From assembly GCF_009914755.1 (NCBI RefSeq), contig NC_060926.1: DNA of 64,000 nucleotides; one strand, written 5' to 3'. Position numbers and translations under genes: made by a program. The notes beneath the pieces were generated by a model. That model searched no databases. It worked only from the letters and a program-made list of their open reading frames with translations, and was not told where the DNA came from. This document shows, one piece after another, positions 63,364-64,000 of this stretch. Position 1 is the first letter of the stretch. Every line of letters begins with the position of its first letter. The DNA comes from the human T2T-CHM13v2.0 reference genome, Homo sapiens.

Positions 63364-64000
63364 AAATTATTCTCCAATTGCACATTTTCTAACAACTCTT
63401 TTAAATCTAAGAAAAAATATATTCCAACAAACCATACATAAAAATACTGGCCAGAGAAACTTGCATAAGAGCACCCAGAGCCATATTCATGGCTTAGTGA
63501 TTACACTCTTGAACAATTTTCCCCATTTACAGGCTTACAGCGTAAGCTAAGCAATACTGGTTGTCTATGAGTCTGCAGGGGAATTTTTTATTTGGAAAGT
63601 TCAAAGGAAAAATTGTAACTATAATAAAACATAAACATTTCAGTTTTAGTTTTCAAGACTTCATACACAGCTTTTATTTTTAACCATAGTAATACATTAA
63701 AAGGCATAATTAAAATACTCAGTCTATAAATAGATGACAACTGCACTTTACTTTAGCCTTCTGCTTTCTTGGGTCACTCTTCTTTTTAAGTGGCTTTTAA
63801 GACTCCCCTTTCCAGAATTATTGATATGAGTAGTCATAAGAAGAAACAGGAACTCTTGTAGATATAGTGAAAATATGGACTGGCATCTACTAGTTAAACT
63901 GAAGATTAAATCACAGTGGGTATATATAAATTCAGATAGACACAGTGAGCTAGAAGTAGCAGACAGTAGTCCACTTATAATGATAAACAATACACTTCAG

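Overview
This is AT-rich, CpG-depleted primate (most likely human) genomic DNA from an intronic or intergenic region. I found no CpG island and no recognisable host protein-coding exon; the ORF-track entries are repeat-derived or chance ORFs. The window is dominated by interspersed repeats: a two-LTR HERV-H provirus (46963-52807, GAGTA target-site duplication (TSD)), a full-length THE1B MaLR (27341-29625), solo LTRs (MLT1D, MER51, MER39-like), several L1 3' fragments, L2, L3/CR1, MIR, Alu/FLAM and hAT DNA transposons. The most unusual object is the HERV-H leader. It has a tRNA-Phe-type rather than His-type primer-binding site (PBS). The normal post-PBS leader, including the major splice donor, appears to be replaced by a perfect 52-bp inverted copy of a downstream 61-bp unit, and that unit is expanded to 7 tandem copies. 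The 5' LTR has also lost its TATA box while the 3' LTR keeps it. Other notable items are an exact PRDM9 hotspot motif CCTCCCTNNCCAC in the THE1B 5' LTR, two Alus with template-switch scars, uniform + orientation of all LTR and L1 elements, and a few candidate non-coding exons. Repeat family names come from recalled consensus sequences, not from a database search.
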